The position numbers and the translations under genes were made by a program. Shown piece by piece: positions 8,587 through 18,390 of a stretch of DNA of 64,000 nucleotides. The notes beneath the pieces were generated by a model, which was given only the letters and a program-made list of their open reading frames with translations, had not been told where the DNA came from and did no database searches. Where the stretch lies: IMG/VR virus record IMGVR_UViG_3300021387_000535, positions 1 to 64,000 of that record; one strand, written 5' to 3'. Numbering within the stretch: the stretch's first letter is position 1; each line of letters opens with the position of its first letter. This DNA comes from a virus. Lineage: Duplodnaviria > Caudoviricetes.

Positions 8587-10875
8587 TTATATATCTACCC
8601 ATGTTCCGTTAACTAACTTTTTCACGCCACTATCATCGATACGCAACCCATGATTACCCCAACGGAACAATATACCATCATTATCCATCAAGGCATGGCG
8701 ATTACCTCCAGCGTTTACACAAAAACCATTAGGCGCTATTGTCGTCTTCGTATAAGCAACATTAACAAAGAAATTTGCCACGCCTAATTCTATTGTGCTA
8801 TCGCTACGTCCGTATAAAGTAAAGTTACTCGCGGATATGTTTTTTAAAGCCATCTCAACGTATAAGTAACAATATTCATCGGAGTTGGATACATACTTTC
8901 CTACATTCGTGTATTGTATGTCAAATAGCGAAAGGTTGTCAAACACATCGTCACGGTAAAGCTCGTAATCATTAGTGCTTTCCGCAAGAACCTTCGTGGA
9001 TGTCCTAAGTGTTAGCTTAACGCTTAAGGTAACGCCGTCGCTAAGTATTCTTCCGTATGCGCCAGAAGCGCTTTTCATGGCTATCACAAATCTTCCGCCT
9101 ACACTTTGGCCTACTCCAAGTTGGAATCCAATTTCCCCGTCTCTACGTTCAAGCGGGGTGTCCGCCCATATTGTAGCATTTTGCCCAACATTATATAAGT
9201 TCAATCCACGTCTTTCCCACAATGGATATTCCTTGTCTTCTTTCGGCTTTGTTACATTCCTTGTGCTCATACGAACCCGCTCGTTATTATTGGTGTCGTA
9301 CACAACAACGCCATCTTCTCCCTTGATTGTAACGTTACCTTGAATATCAGCACCAACACAAAACATCCTTCCGTTAATATCAACATAGAAGTTCGTGTTC
9401 GGGTCAATGGCGGTTTCGCCGCCAAGCCACAACGGATAAACCATATCACCCGAAACATTGCCGTCGGCATAGCCAATACCACCCATTACCTTATCTAACG
9501 AAGGGTTGAGTAGTAGGATTTGATTCGTTTGTAAGTATTCTATAAGCGCACGTTGCGCATACAACAAAGGTGTCATTATAGGTGCACCTTGTATCTCGAA
9601 CTCCGACCAATAATAACGCCACGCCGTGCTAATCCCAGGTCTATTGCCGTTGTTGCCGTCGGAACTTATAACACCATTATGTGTTGCTTTTGCATTATAC
9701 CACACGGCACTACCGCCTTCCGTTACACTTACAATATCAAGATACCGATGCCCATCATCGCTTAACATGTTTTCGTCGTAAACATCCTCGTCGTTACGGT
9801 AGTATTTACCTACCTCCCATTCCGATACACGTAAAATCAAGCCCTCGTATCCTTGTGGGCCAGTATCACCTTTGAGACCATCGCTAATAACGGGAATATC
9901 TTCTTCATCGTAGATTCCACCATCGGCGTTGTCAATAAGACGAAGGCGAAGAGATGTCTCGTTGCCAGTTAGTGGAACACCATAGTTGTCAAGGATAGCA
10001 CCGCCAACAATCTGTCTACTACAGTTACTCCATGTCGTGCCACCATCCTTGCTATACTTGGCCATCACTTTCACTCCCGAGCCAATCATCACCAAATTAC
10101 TCACCGTTCCGTCGCTAATCTTTACCGCGCCTACTTCAAGGAACACCGTCGGGGTGCGAACACCGTCCTTGTCAACCTTTATGACATTAAAAGATGGGCG
10201 TAGTTGATACACCTCACTCTTTCGGCTTTTCGTCACCGTGGCCGTGCATGCGCGTGTACCATTCAACGATGTGAGCGTTACAACAACCTTTATAACATCC
10301 GAGTCGGAAGCCGTAAGGTTTTTTACGGTTAACGTTGCACTTTGCCGATTGTTGGCTATAACAATCGTTGCTTTGTTTGTTGTTCTACCATTGATGGTTG
10401 CCGTCGCGGAAGTTATCGCGTCTGGGTTAACGCCATAATACAAACTGGCTATAGTAGTCCAAGTCCAACCAGATGGCGGCGTACCATCACCGTCGCAAAT
10501 GACCATCGTCATGTCATCATCAAGAGATGCGACAAGGGAAGTATCACCATCACTACCTTTAGCACCAGTGATACAAGTGTAGGTTGCATCTCCAGCTACA
10601 TAGTCTTGTATCGAATCATTCCACGTTTGCGGTATGCTACGCATCCACACATAAGGTTTCTCGCTTGTCGGAGACGGCAACGAAGGAGACCATTGGGTGC
10701 AATCTTGAGGATAATCACTTGAACTACCACCAATGATAGCACCAATACTCGAAAGGCTAAAACGTATTTCAGTCCAATCGCCACCTCTTCCGTCGTCGCC
10801 TTTGTCGCCCTTATCCCCTTTTTCTCCGTCGTGTATGGCTACCACGCTAAACGGTGCAGATACTCTTGTTCCCAT
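8587..10875 (-). CDS. Tail fibre / receptor-binding protein
   Basis: 762 aa; collagen-like G-x-x tracts (DGEKGDKGDKGDDG, DGLKGDTGPQG); beta-rich; in tail operon. Confidence 0.7.
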   Translation of the reverse strand: MGTRVSAPFSVVAIHDGEKGDKGDKGDDGRGGDWTEIRFSLSSIGAIIGGSSSDYPQDCTQWSPSLPSPTSEKPYVWMRSIPQTWNDSIQDYVAGDATYTCITGAKGSDGDTSLVASLDDDMTMVICDGDGTPPSGWTWTTIASLYYGVNPDAITSATATINGRTTNKATIVIANNRQSATLTVKNLTASDSDVIKVVVTLTSLNGTRACTATVTKSRKSEVYQLRPSFNVIKVDKDGVRTPTVFLEVGAVKISDGTVSNLVMIGSGVKVMAKYSKDGGTTWSNCSRQIVGGAILDNYGVPLTGNETSLRLRLIDNADGGIYDEEDIPVISDGLKGDTGPQGYEGLILRVSEWEVGKYYRNDEDVYDENMLSDDGHRYLDIVSVTEGGSAVWYNAKATHNGVISSDGNNGNRPGISTAWRYYWSEFEIQGAPIMTPLLYAQRALIEYLQTNQILLLNPSLDKVMGGIGYADGNVSGDMVYPLWLGGETAIDPNTNFYVDINGRMFCVGADIQGNVTIKGEDGVVVYDTNNNERVRMSTRNVTKPKEDKEYPLWERRGLNLYNVGQNATIWADTPLERRDGEIGFQLGVGQSVGGRFVIAMKSASGAYGRILSDGVTLSVKLTLRTSTKVLAESTNDYELYRDDVFDNLSLFDIQYTNVGKYVSNSDEYCYLYVEMALKNISASNFTLYGRSDSTIELGVANFFVNVAYTKTTIAPNGFCVNAGGNRHALMDNDGILFRWGNHGLRIDDSGVKKLVNGTWVDI

Positions 10876-10951
10876 AGTTTACTTTTTTTTAAAACATAAG
10901 CTAAGAACGCCGTAGGCATGCGGCTTTACACGCCCACGGCATATCGTTCGT

Positions 10952-12109
10952 TTAATTGGTCGCAACCAATATGCCATCCAATTGCCCGCCACAAAGCTCG
11001 ACCAAATCAAAGCTAATAGGCGCAGAGAAGTGGTTGCTTCCACTTGCCTTGCTACTATCCTCGGCGTTTGTCGTTTGGTTATAGTAGCCGCCACTACGTG
11101 CATTCCAGTTTGGAATACTTGCCGTGTATTCACTACCGTCGGTCTTGTATAGCTTGCACTTGAATTGCCAACCATCAATAACGGAGTCTGGGTCGTTTGC
11201 GTTTGCCGCCCAAGCGAATAGTGTAACAACTTGACCAGCACGAAGCTCGGCGTAACTTGATAGGCTATCAGAACCACTAACATCGCCGTTGTCAACCTTT
11301 GTTGCAAAGAACACTTCGTAATCATCGGAAACATCATCGACAACCTCGATGGCGGTTGCGTACACTTCGGTTAAGTCTTCGCTATTAAGGAAATCACACC
11401 TAACGTACAACTTGTCATCAACCTCATCCGCAGTAATTGTAATTGGGTTTCCAGTCTTCGACAATTCCTTACCCTCAAACGTCCACCTTGGAGTAAAACC
11501 AACCGTAGTTCCTTCGTCACTTCCGTTATACAACCTTGCGGTTAGTTGAACACTTTGATTTTCGGAATCGATAACGGTGTTGTTTCCGAATTGAATCATA
11601 CCAGTAAATCCAGCACCTTTTAGCTCCGTGAATCGTATTGGCCGCGACATATTGAAACTCATGGAAGACGAACTAAGGAGAACGGAGCCAGTGAACGTTA
11701 TCACGTCGTTATCCGTATTGTTACCCATTGCACTACCACCAAGATTATCGTATATGATAAGCGATGGTATAACCTTTCCACCTACGGTGTGTGTACTCCT
11801 TTTGAACTTACCAGCAAGTGCACCGTTTGTAGAAACATCACTTTCTCCTTTGTAAGTACCAAACACTATCGTAGTGCCATTGTATTGCCACGACCAATTG
11901 CCAAGTGATTCTTGACCAATACGCGTCCCGTCCCTATAGATGTCGGGATAGATAATTGGATTACCGCTTTTGTTTGTACTCCAATCGGGAATCCATACGC
12001 CAGTACCGTAGCTTTGCGTTAAAGAACCGTTTAGGTTTCTAAGCGTACCGCTTATTGTTACACCATCCTTGATGTTAACAACGGAAAACCTTGATGATAC
12101 ACTACTCAT
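10952..12109 (-). CDS. Minor tail protein (Ig-like/beta-rich)
   Basis: 385 aa; N-terminus SSRFSVVNIKDG resembles that of the adjacent gene (SAPFSVVAIHDG). Confidence 0.65.
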   Translation of the reverse strand: MSSVSSRFSVVNIKDGVTISGTLRNLNGSLTQSYGTGVWIPDWSTNKSGNPIIYPDIYRDGTRIGQESLGNWSWQYNGTTIVFGTYKGESDVSTNGALAGKFKRSTHTVGGKVIPSLIIYDNLGGSAMGNNTDNDVITFTGSVLLSSSSMSFNMSRPIRFTELKGAGFTGMIQFGNNTVIDSENQSVQLTARLYNGSDEGTTVGFTPRWTFEGKELSKTGNPITITADEVDDKLYVRCDFLNSEDLTEVYATAIEVVDDVSDDYEVFFATKVDNGDVSGSDSLSSYAELRAGQVVTLFAWAANANDPDSVIDGWQFKCKLYKTDGSEYTASIPNWNARSGGYYNQTTNAEDSSKASGSNHFSAPISFDLVELCGGQLDGILVATN

Positions 12110-12473
12110 TGCTCATTTCCTCCTCTTTTGTTTCTTCTTTTTCCTTACTACCAAGATTGTAACCACCATCCTTAATGGCTTTCTCGGCTTCTTTCTTTGT
12201 CATTCTAATTGCATCAACGCCATTTACATACTCGTCTGGCGTTAACATAAGCCTTTGCATTTCGCGTGAGGTGACAATACTACGACCGTCTTTCGTTTTG
12301 TACGTTGTATCCACTACACCACATCGTTCGGCTATGTCTTTAGATACGCTAAAATAGATGGATTCTTTCATATATCTTTTGCTTTTATTGTGTATATCTG
12401 CTTTTGTATACGCCGTGACCGTCGTATTCAACACTATCTCCGCTTGGGGAATATAACACCACATCAACACCAT
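12102..12473 (-). CDS. Small tail-operon protein
   Basis: ORF between tail genes; true start probably at MKESIYF. Confidence 0.55.
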   Translation of the reverse strand: MVLMWCYIPQAEIVLNTTVTAYTKADIHNKSKRYMKESIYFSVSKDIAERCGVVDTTYKTKDGRSIVTSREMQRLMLTPDEYVNGVDAIRMTKKEAEKAIKDGGYNLGSKEKEETKEEEMSNE

Positions 12474-13653
12474 CGATGACTATTTGTTCGAGCTGACCAC
12501 GCATCGTTACCTCGGGCATGATTAACACGCCATTATTTCCAAACCTACGTAGGCTATCGGCAGTAACTTCAACCTCTTGTCCGTACCCTATCGTAGCCTT
12601 ATTTTGGCCGTTGGTGTCCTCCCTTTTCCATACAGTTTGGAACATATCACCTGCCTTTGACGAGTCTATGTCATTTGTGCGTGTGCGGAGCATTAGGCGG
12701 AACTTCTTGTTTTTATCCCCATAACGTATAGCACGACCATTCAATGGCAATATATCACCCTTTACTTTTGGTATGTCCCATATTATCGTTCGGACTGCGG
12801 TACAAAGCGGGTTTTCGTCGCTATCCGCACTATGGAATACATACGCTTGGATTTTCGTTTTTTTGTCGTAACGAGCGTCCCACTTCAAGGTAGACCCGCC
12901 TTGTCCCACCATGTAGCCAGGATGGTCGCGCGTATATTCATACCCTATCATAGCTTCTTCGTCGCTAATCATCAACATTTTGTCTGGATACAATGCACTA
13001 CTCGCCCACCACTCGATATAAACTTCATCCGTGCATATCTCGCCATTCTTTCGCACAACTGCTGTAAAATTAAATTCCGAGCCTGCATCCTTTGGGTCGT
13101 CTGCAAGAAAGTCGCCGTCAAGTGGGTTGTATTTTACAACGTTCTCGGTGAGTATTTCGACCGTGTATTTGTCGTTAGGTTTGTTTACGCTCGTAAGAAG
13201 CACATATTCGTCTTTTGTTATTGGACGGCCACTATGCGGGTCTGTATAACTTGCGCGCAACAACAATGTCACGGGGGAATTAGGTGAAACGTTTTTTCTA
13301 ACGATAAGGTTTCCGTTATTGTCGATAGCGTAATCATGTGGCGTTGAGTCATACGCTTGTGTTATAAGCGTAAGAATTTCAGTATCACCATCCCTACCAA
13401 GTTTGTATGTTACATGATACCACATAAACGTAGGGTTCAGCGTCACCGATTGCCCACTTTCCGTATCTACGGCGGTAAGCATAGGCGACAACGTTAATGG
13501 GCTTATTGTTCTATCTGGCTCCCATTCGTTTTCGGTTTGATTAACGCTTTGGGTTAGTGGCGAAGCACCGACTTGTGTCACGCTCAACAAAGCACTTATA
13601 GGCTGATGGCTTGTCGAGATAACAACTGGCTTTGATATTCTTCCTATTTTCAT
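12385..13653 (-). CDS. Minor tail protein
   Basis: 422 aa, beta-rich, operon context. Confidence 0.65.
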   Translation of the reverse strand: MKIGRISKPVVISTSHQPISALLSVTQVGASPLTQSVNQTENEWEPDRTISPLTLSPMLTAVDTESGQSVTLNPTFMWYHVTYKLGRDGDTEILTLITQAYDSTPHDYAIDNNGNLIVRKNVSPNSPVTLLLRASYTDPHSGRPITKDEYVLLTSVNKPNDKYTVEILTENVVKYNPLDGDFLADDPKDAGSEFNFTAVVRKNGEICTDEVYIEWWASSALYPDKMLMISDEEAMIGYEYTRDHPGYMVGQGGSTLKWDARYDKKTKIQAYVFHSADSDENPLCTAVRTIIWDIPKVKGDILPLNGRAIRYGDKNKKFRLMLRTRTNDIDSSKAGDMFQTVWKREDTNGQNKATIGYGQEVEVTADSLRRFGNNGVLIMPEVTMRGQLEQIVIDGVDVVLYSPSGDSVEYDGHGVYKSRYTQ

Positions 13654-13666
13654 AACCTTATCTATC

Positions 13667-16600
13667 TTACATTATTATACTATTAGTCTGCGTTGTGCCA
13701 TCTTGGAGATAAGCTGTACATGTAAACACAACCGTATGTCCTTGATGCCAACTTAACGGCATGTCATTGTCCGTTATGCGAATGATACGACCAGCACCGT
13801 AATGCGTCGTATTCCACCCAGTGTCCGCCTCGGCGTTGTCGCTTTCTCGCGTCCATCGCCAAACAACCACATCATTGGAAATATCGGTATAGCCAAAAAA
13901 GACATATGGGGTTGCTGGAATGTCAACATAGCCGCTACGCGCCGAATATATTCCTTGCGTATCTATTTCCATTGTTATATTGGTGTTTCCCTCAACCAAT
14001 ATCCAATATTGCGAATTCCACGACGGTTCGTGGCCTATATTGTTCTTTGTGATATTACGCCAACGGCAACCGTTATGCCACACATCGGATGTTTCGATTA
14101 TCGGGTTTCCAACAATATCAATAACATCTTCGTTTTCTTGTTCGAAAAGATACGTCGTTATTGAGTCCCATTCGCCGTGGTCTACGTATGTGATAGCTGG
14201 CTGTTGTTCCTTTTCCGCAATTATGATTTGCGAAGCTATGATACCATCGGCGGCAATATAATCACGGCCATCAATTAGGCGGCGTTGCACCGAGCTATCG
14301 GTGTATAGCGATTCTGGATTACCGCCAGCAACCCAACCGTACATATACGCCTCTATTATTGGCTTATTTACCAATTTTAATTTCATTATCTTACCATCGG
14401 CGGTAAGATACAACGTTTGTTGTCTACGCAAGTGTTCTGCCGCGCGTATTCGCTTTTCGGCGATTTCTTGTTCCGTATCGCCTTCGTCTATAACGGTGTC
14501 GGCATCGGTGTATCCCGCGTTACCCCAACGGGCGATATTCATCATTGGGCACGGCTTGTAGTTCTTTCCGCTTGGCACTTGTTCATCGGCATATAATACT
14601 ACCTTTACCCAGTTGTCACCAGCAACGGCGTGAACACCATCTTCTTCGTCGCTAAGAATACGCATCCATGATGTGTAGTACGAATTACGACCTTCACGCT
14701 CGGTGGTGTCCTCTACATCAACATCGCTTATACCATCCATCTTGGCGGGTAGGGTGTTGAATATTCCTCTTAGAATATTGTGCTCGTATTGCGCGGTGAA
14801 ATAGCCATCGTATTTGTCTTTCAAGTGTAGCTTGTATACATTGTTCCCCAAGTCTTCTACACTTGTTATAGTATCACTTTCGGAACGGATTTCATCGCCC
14901 TCTATCGCGGCAAGTCGGTTAACGATAAGCTCCATCACCTCCATCGATGAACGGACGCGTAGGCTTTCCAACTCGGCGTTCCCAAGGTTGTCAATACGAC
15001 CACCACGACCCGTGTATATTCCCTCGATAAAGTTTCCGAATTCCGCGTCATCCATTGACACTAATCCGCGAACGAATGTTATTAACCCTTGTGCGGAATC
15101 ACTATTAACCCTTGAAAGCTTCTTGTCAAGTTCCGACCATACGTTTCTCGAATATTCTTGTCTAAGCGCGGAAATAAGCGACGTTAAATGCTCAACATCT
15201 TCGCTAACCTTTCCTATTTGATTGATGACGGCTTCGACATTATCCGTTAGCGTAATCTCGTATTCTGGCAACGGACTATTACCAAACTTTACCGTAAGTT
15301 GCTTTACGTATAGTTGCAATTCTTCGTTGGCGAACATGAACCTAACAACGCAATTTGGTTTTAACTGCGCCAAGATGCTTGTGTGTGTTGCAAGGAAAAA
15401 TTCGTCGAACTTCAACGGGTAGTCGAAGTAATACACGTTGTTCTCCAACATGTACGATTTCATTTCATCATCAAGACGAGATTCCGCGTTGCTAATGTAC
15501 TCTATCGGCAACGATATACCCAACACAACAAATTCGTCACCCGTGTGCGGTTGTTGGTATATGTTTGGCATTATAGTACCAAACGTAGAATATTCCTTTT
15601 GTAGAATAAGGTTTATGCTAACCTCGTTTGACTTTGGATATTTGTTAAGGTCGCGTTGTTCGCCGTTCGGAACAAAGTTTCCATCGGCATCGTAGAAATT
15701 CTTTCTATAATCATCCCAATCCACTTGAACGGGGAATGTACATCCAATACACGCGCCGCTACGCATGTTGATTTGCATTTCCTGTGTTATTGCGGCACAA
15801 GCGTATATGTCAAACGATAAAACGGGTAGCGTGATTTGGAAATAGCTTTGCACGTAGTTTCCATCATCATCTATTGTATCATCCCATTCTTCGACTACTT
15901 GGCGGTGATTATCTACGGGAACACATGCAACAATAGCTATTGGGCTTTGCCCGTCGTTCATTTCTGGCTTTACGTTCTCGAACTCATGTATCTCGTATGA
16001 TGGCGCAACGGGATTGATTTCGTTCGGGTATGGATAATCCAATGTTGCAATAGCGTCATAGTAATCTACAAGTTCAACCGTTGGGTCATAATCTTGTGCA
16101 TACGGGTTTACCTTTTTGTTCACCGACATACTATACACCGACGGCATGAGATGCGTGCGTGTAAACGGGTGCTTGATAAGCTTTACGTATGCGCCGCCAA
16201 CAATACCCATGTATAGTGGGTATGCACTTTCGGTAGGTGTTCCGTGTGGCTTGTTGTCTTCACCAATCATCGGGTCGTTGTTAACGTATGCGGTGTACTC
16301 CCAACGCGCATCACCCTCCCAAATGATTTGCGGATAACCGTAAGGTATGTTGTTCTCGCTACCGTATCCAGAAAGACGGGTTATTATCTTGTTGTTCCTT
16401 GGCGTGCGAGAATTATTTTTCAACCCTACACCCTTACCCATTTGGAACACATAGTTTTGATTGTACCTATCTACAATCTCATTCGATGGCAATCCAACAA
16501 CAACCTTAAAGCGTTTTCCGCTATTGTAATAGTTCTCCCCGTTTTTTATAACATCAACGACGTATGGTATGCCCCAAGTGTCATACATCGTCTTAAGGGC

Positions 16601-17170
16601 ATCGGCAATCGTGTTGTTGTCGAACGATAAGACATCACTCAATTCATTGTCTTTGTCTATAGGAAAACGCTCACTCTTTACAACTATCCATTCCGTTCGT
16701 TCTAAGTTCTTGTTTAACTTAGCAATGTAGTCGTTCGGATTTCCTATCCAATGAAACGATTTATTCTCGGACAAGTAGAGTTGTTCGTTAAGCGTAACAG
16801 CAACATCGCTAAACGGGAAATTGCCAAGCATGTACATCGGGTGATAGAATTCAAACGAGTATTTCGTCATACCGTTCAAATCCCCATTGCTTGACACAAT
16901 ACCCTCTCTGACTATCGTAGGTGGATTTACAAGAACATATCTTACGGCTTGCTCGTTTGCGTCATTAGGGTTTCTTTTGTATTCGATATACTCTTGCATC
17001 GTAACGGCAAGCGTGTTGTCCTTGTAGTATACATCACCAGTAATCTTGTCACCAAGCGACATGATAACGCTATCTACGGTCGCCTTTTTCATCCTTAATC
17101 CATGAAAAGGCGTTCCGTCCGCATTGTATATCTGGAACGTTATGTTACGCCCTAACGTGTTCGTAGCCAT
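13667..17170 (-). CDS. Large tail tip / baseplate hub protein
   Basis: 1167 aa; NKIITRLSGYGSENNIP and FDEFFL motifs typical of Bacteroidales phage tail-tip proteins. Confidence 0.75.
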   Translation of the reverse strand: MATNTLGRNITFQIYNADGTPFHGLRMKKATVDSVIMSLGDKITGDVYYKDNTLAVTMQEYIEYKRNPNDANEQAVRYVLVNPPTIVREGIVSSNGDLNGMTKYSFEFYHPMYMLGNFPFSDVAVTLNEQLYLSENKSFHWIGNPNDYIAKLNKNLERTEWIVVKSERFPIDKDNELSDVLSFDNNTIADALKTMYDTWGIPYVVDVIKNGENYYNSGKRFKVVVGLPSNEIVDRYNQNYVFQMGKGVGLKNNSRTPRNNKIITRLSGYGSENNIPYGYPQIIWEGDARWEYTAYVNNDPMIGEDNKPHGTPTESAYPLYMGIVGGAYVKLIKHPFTRTHLMPSVYSMSVNKKVNPYAQDYDPTVELVDYYDAIATLDYPYPNEINPVAPSYEIHEFENVKPEMNDGQSPIAIVACVPVDNHRQVVEEWDDTIDDDGNYVQSYFQITLPVLSFDIYACAAITQEMQINMRSGACIGCTFPVQVDWDDYRKNFYDADGNFVPNGEQRDLNKYPKSNEVSINLILQKEYSTFGTIMPNIYQQPHTGDEFVVLGISLPIEYISNAESRLDDEMKSYMLENNVYYFDYPLKFDEFFLATHTSILAQLKPNCVVRFMFANEELQLYVKQLTVKFGNSPLPEYEITLTDNVEAVINQIGKVSEDVEHLTSLISALRQEYSRNVWSELDKKLSRVNSDSAQGLITFVRGLVSMDDAEFGNFIEGIYTGRGGRIDNLGNAELESLRVRSSMEVMELIVNRLAAIEGDEIRSESDTITSVEDLGNNVYKLHLKDKYDGYFTAQYEHNILRGIFNTLPAKMDGISDVDVEDTTEREGRNSYYTSWMRILSDEEDGVHAVAGDNWVKVVLYADEQVPSGKNYKPCPMMNIARWGNAGYTDADTVIDEGDTEQEIAEKRIRAAEHLRRQQTLYLTADGKIMKLKLVNKPIIEAYMYGWVAGGNPESLYTDSSVQRRLIDGRDYIAADGIIASQIIIAEKEQQPAITYVDHGEWDSITTYLFEQENEDVIDIVGNPIIETSDVWHNGCRWRNITKNNIGHEPSWNSQYWILVEGNTNITMEIDTQGIYSARSGYVDIPATPYVFFGYTDISNDVVVWRWTRESDNAEADTGWNTTHYGAGRIIRITDNDMPLSWHQGHTVVFTCTAYLQDGTTQTNSIIM

Positions 17171-17559
17171 ATCAAAACTTTTACAATTGCAAAGATAAGA
17201 ACAATTATTGAAAACGCAAAAGCAAACTTGTAAATTTTAGGTATTTTTACAACTTCCTTTATATTTTCCTTGTATTGAATAGCTATACTATCACGCCAAC
17301 ATGTGTCACGGCGCTCAACAACATGGTCACGCCAACGTATCTTCGTGTTGTATTTCTCTATAAACACGGTGTCGCCTTTTATTCGCGTATACACATATAC
17401 ACTATCCGTTGACCTATCAATAAGCGTGTCGTGGACGGTATTCGTAATGTAATGATTAACATCACGGTCACGATATTCTATTTTCATCTTTGTAGCACAA
17501 GATGAAAGAAGAAGGATAAAGGAAAATAATATGACACGCAAACAATTCTTTTTCTTCAT
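17152..17559 (-). CDS. Unimolecular spanin candidate
   Basis: Start MKKKNCLRV (17559); lipobox LLSSC; C-terminal transmembrane helix; near lysis genes. Confidence 0.65.
   Translation of the reverse strand: MKKKNCLRVILFSFILLLSSCATKMKIEYRDRDVNHYITNTVHDTLIDRSTDSVYVYTRIKGDTVFIEKYNTKIRWRDHVVERRDTCWRDSIAIQYKENIKEVVKIPKIYKFAFAFSIIVLIFAIVKVLIWLRTR
17190..17220 (-). promoter_or_regulatory. Bacteroidetes promoter for the tail-tip operon, inside the spanin gene
   Basis: TTTG-N19-TATCTTTG, exact consensus. Confidence 0.7.
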
Positions 17560-17699
17560 TGTGAATCTTTCTTTTATGTTAGACAAAAAAGATACATAAT
17601 ACAAAGGCATGTTATCTCCGCCCAAAACGTGCTTCCTTGTAATGGAAGAACCTTCCGTGTACCACTCATGTGTGGTAGAATTGTAGTATCTCTTCATCA

Positions 17700-18383
17700 T
17701 CAAAATCGTTTCATGTCAATATTGTAGTTCTTCGTAAGCTCCTCCTGCGAAAGTTGCTTGTCATAGATACGGATAGAATGGATTTTACCAGTCAAGACCA
17801 TACCAATGAGGCCATTAAAACTCCTTGCGCCGAAGAGTGTCTGGTACTTGTTATTTTGGGACACACCATTAGTTGTACTTTTCGTTGTACTTCTGATAAC
17901 ACCATCAACAGACAGCTTTCTATTAGGCAATGCAGATGCAGTATGGAGTGCTGGCGGGACAAAAGGGGTGCCTTGATAGTCATTCGCACCTGTTCCTTTT
18001 GTTGCGACAATTAAGCGTCCACTTCCATTATATCCCATATAGTAGGAACCAGAGAACTGAAACGTCATCCAGCCATTGCTTCCAGTCATCGTTGCACATA
18101 TCTCTACAGTTTGGAAGGTGCCAAAATATGGCAATGCGCTTAAATATGCAACACTATTACTTCCGTTATATATTGCGCCATCATCTCCCCATGTAATATT
18201 CTCCAACAGCAAGTCGTTATCACCAACCAAATCCTTCCATTGCTCAGGACTTCCATGAACACCTACACCAGCATTCTCTATTCCGTCATACTGGCCAATC
18301 AATCCGTCTTGAACATAGGAAGAAGCAGTATAGCTTTCTCCGCTGTCTCCCATCACCCTTCGCCTGTTCAGTAGTGTTCCCAT
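17700..18383 (-). CDS. LamG/concanavalin-A-like domain protein
   Basis: YVQDGLIGQYDGIENAG start and GKIHSIRIYDKQLSQEE end typical of LamG-like domains. Confidence 0.7.
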   Translation of the reverse strand: MGTLLNRRRVMGDSGESYTASSYVQDGLIGQYDGIENAGVGVHGSPEQWKDLVGDNDLLLENITWGDDGAIYNGSNSVAYLSALPYFGTFQTVEICATMTGSNGWMTFQFSGSYYMGYNGSGRLIVATKGTGANDYQGTPFVPPALHTASALPNRKLSVDGVIRSTTKSTTNGVSQNNKYQTLFGARSFNGLIGMVLTGKIHSIRIYDKQLSQEELTKNYNIDMKRF

Positions 18384-18390
18384 AACCTTA

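Noticed and set aside
10879-11343. 154-aa minus-strand ORF overlapping the tail gene
   Set aside because: Alternative frame within 10952-12109; no motif or frameshift signal found
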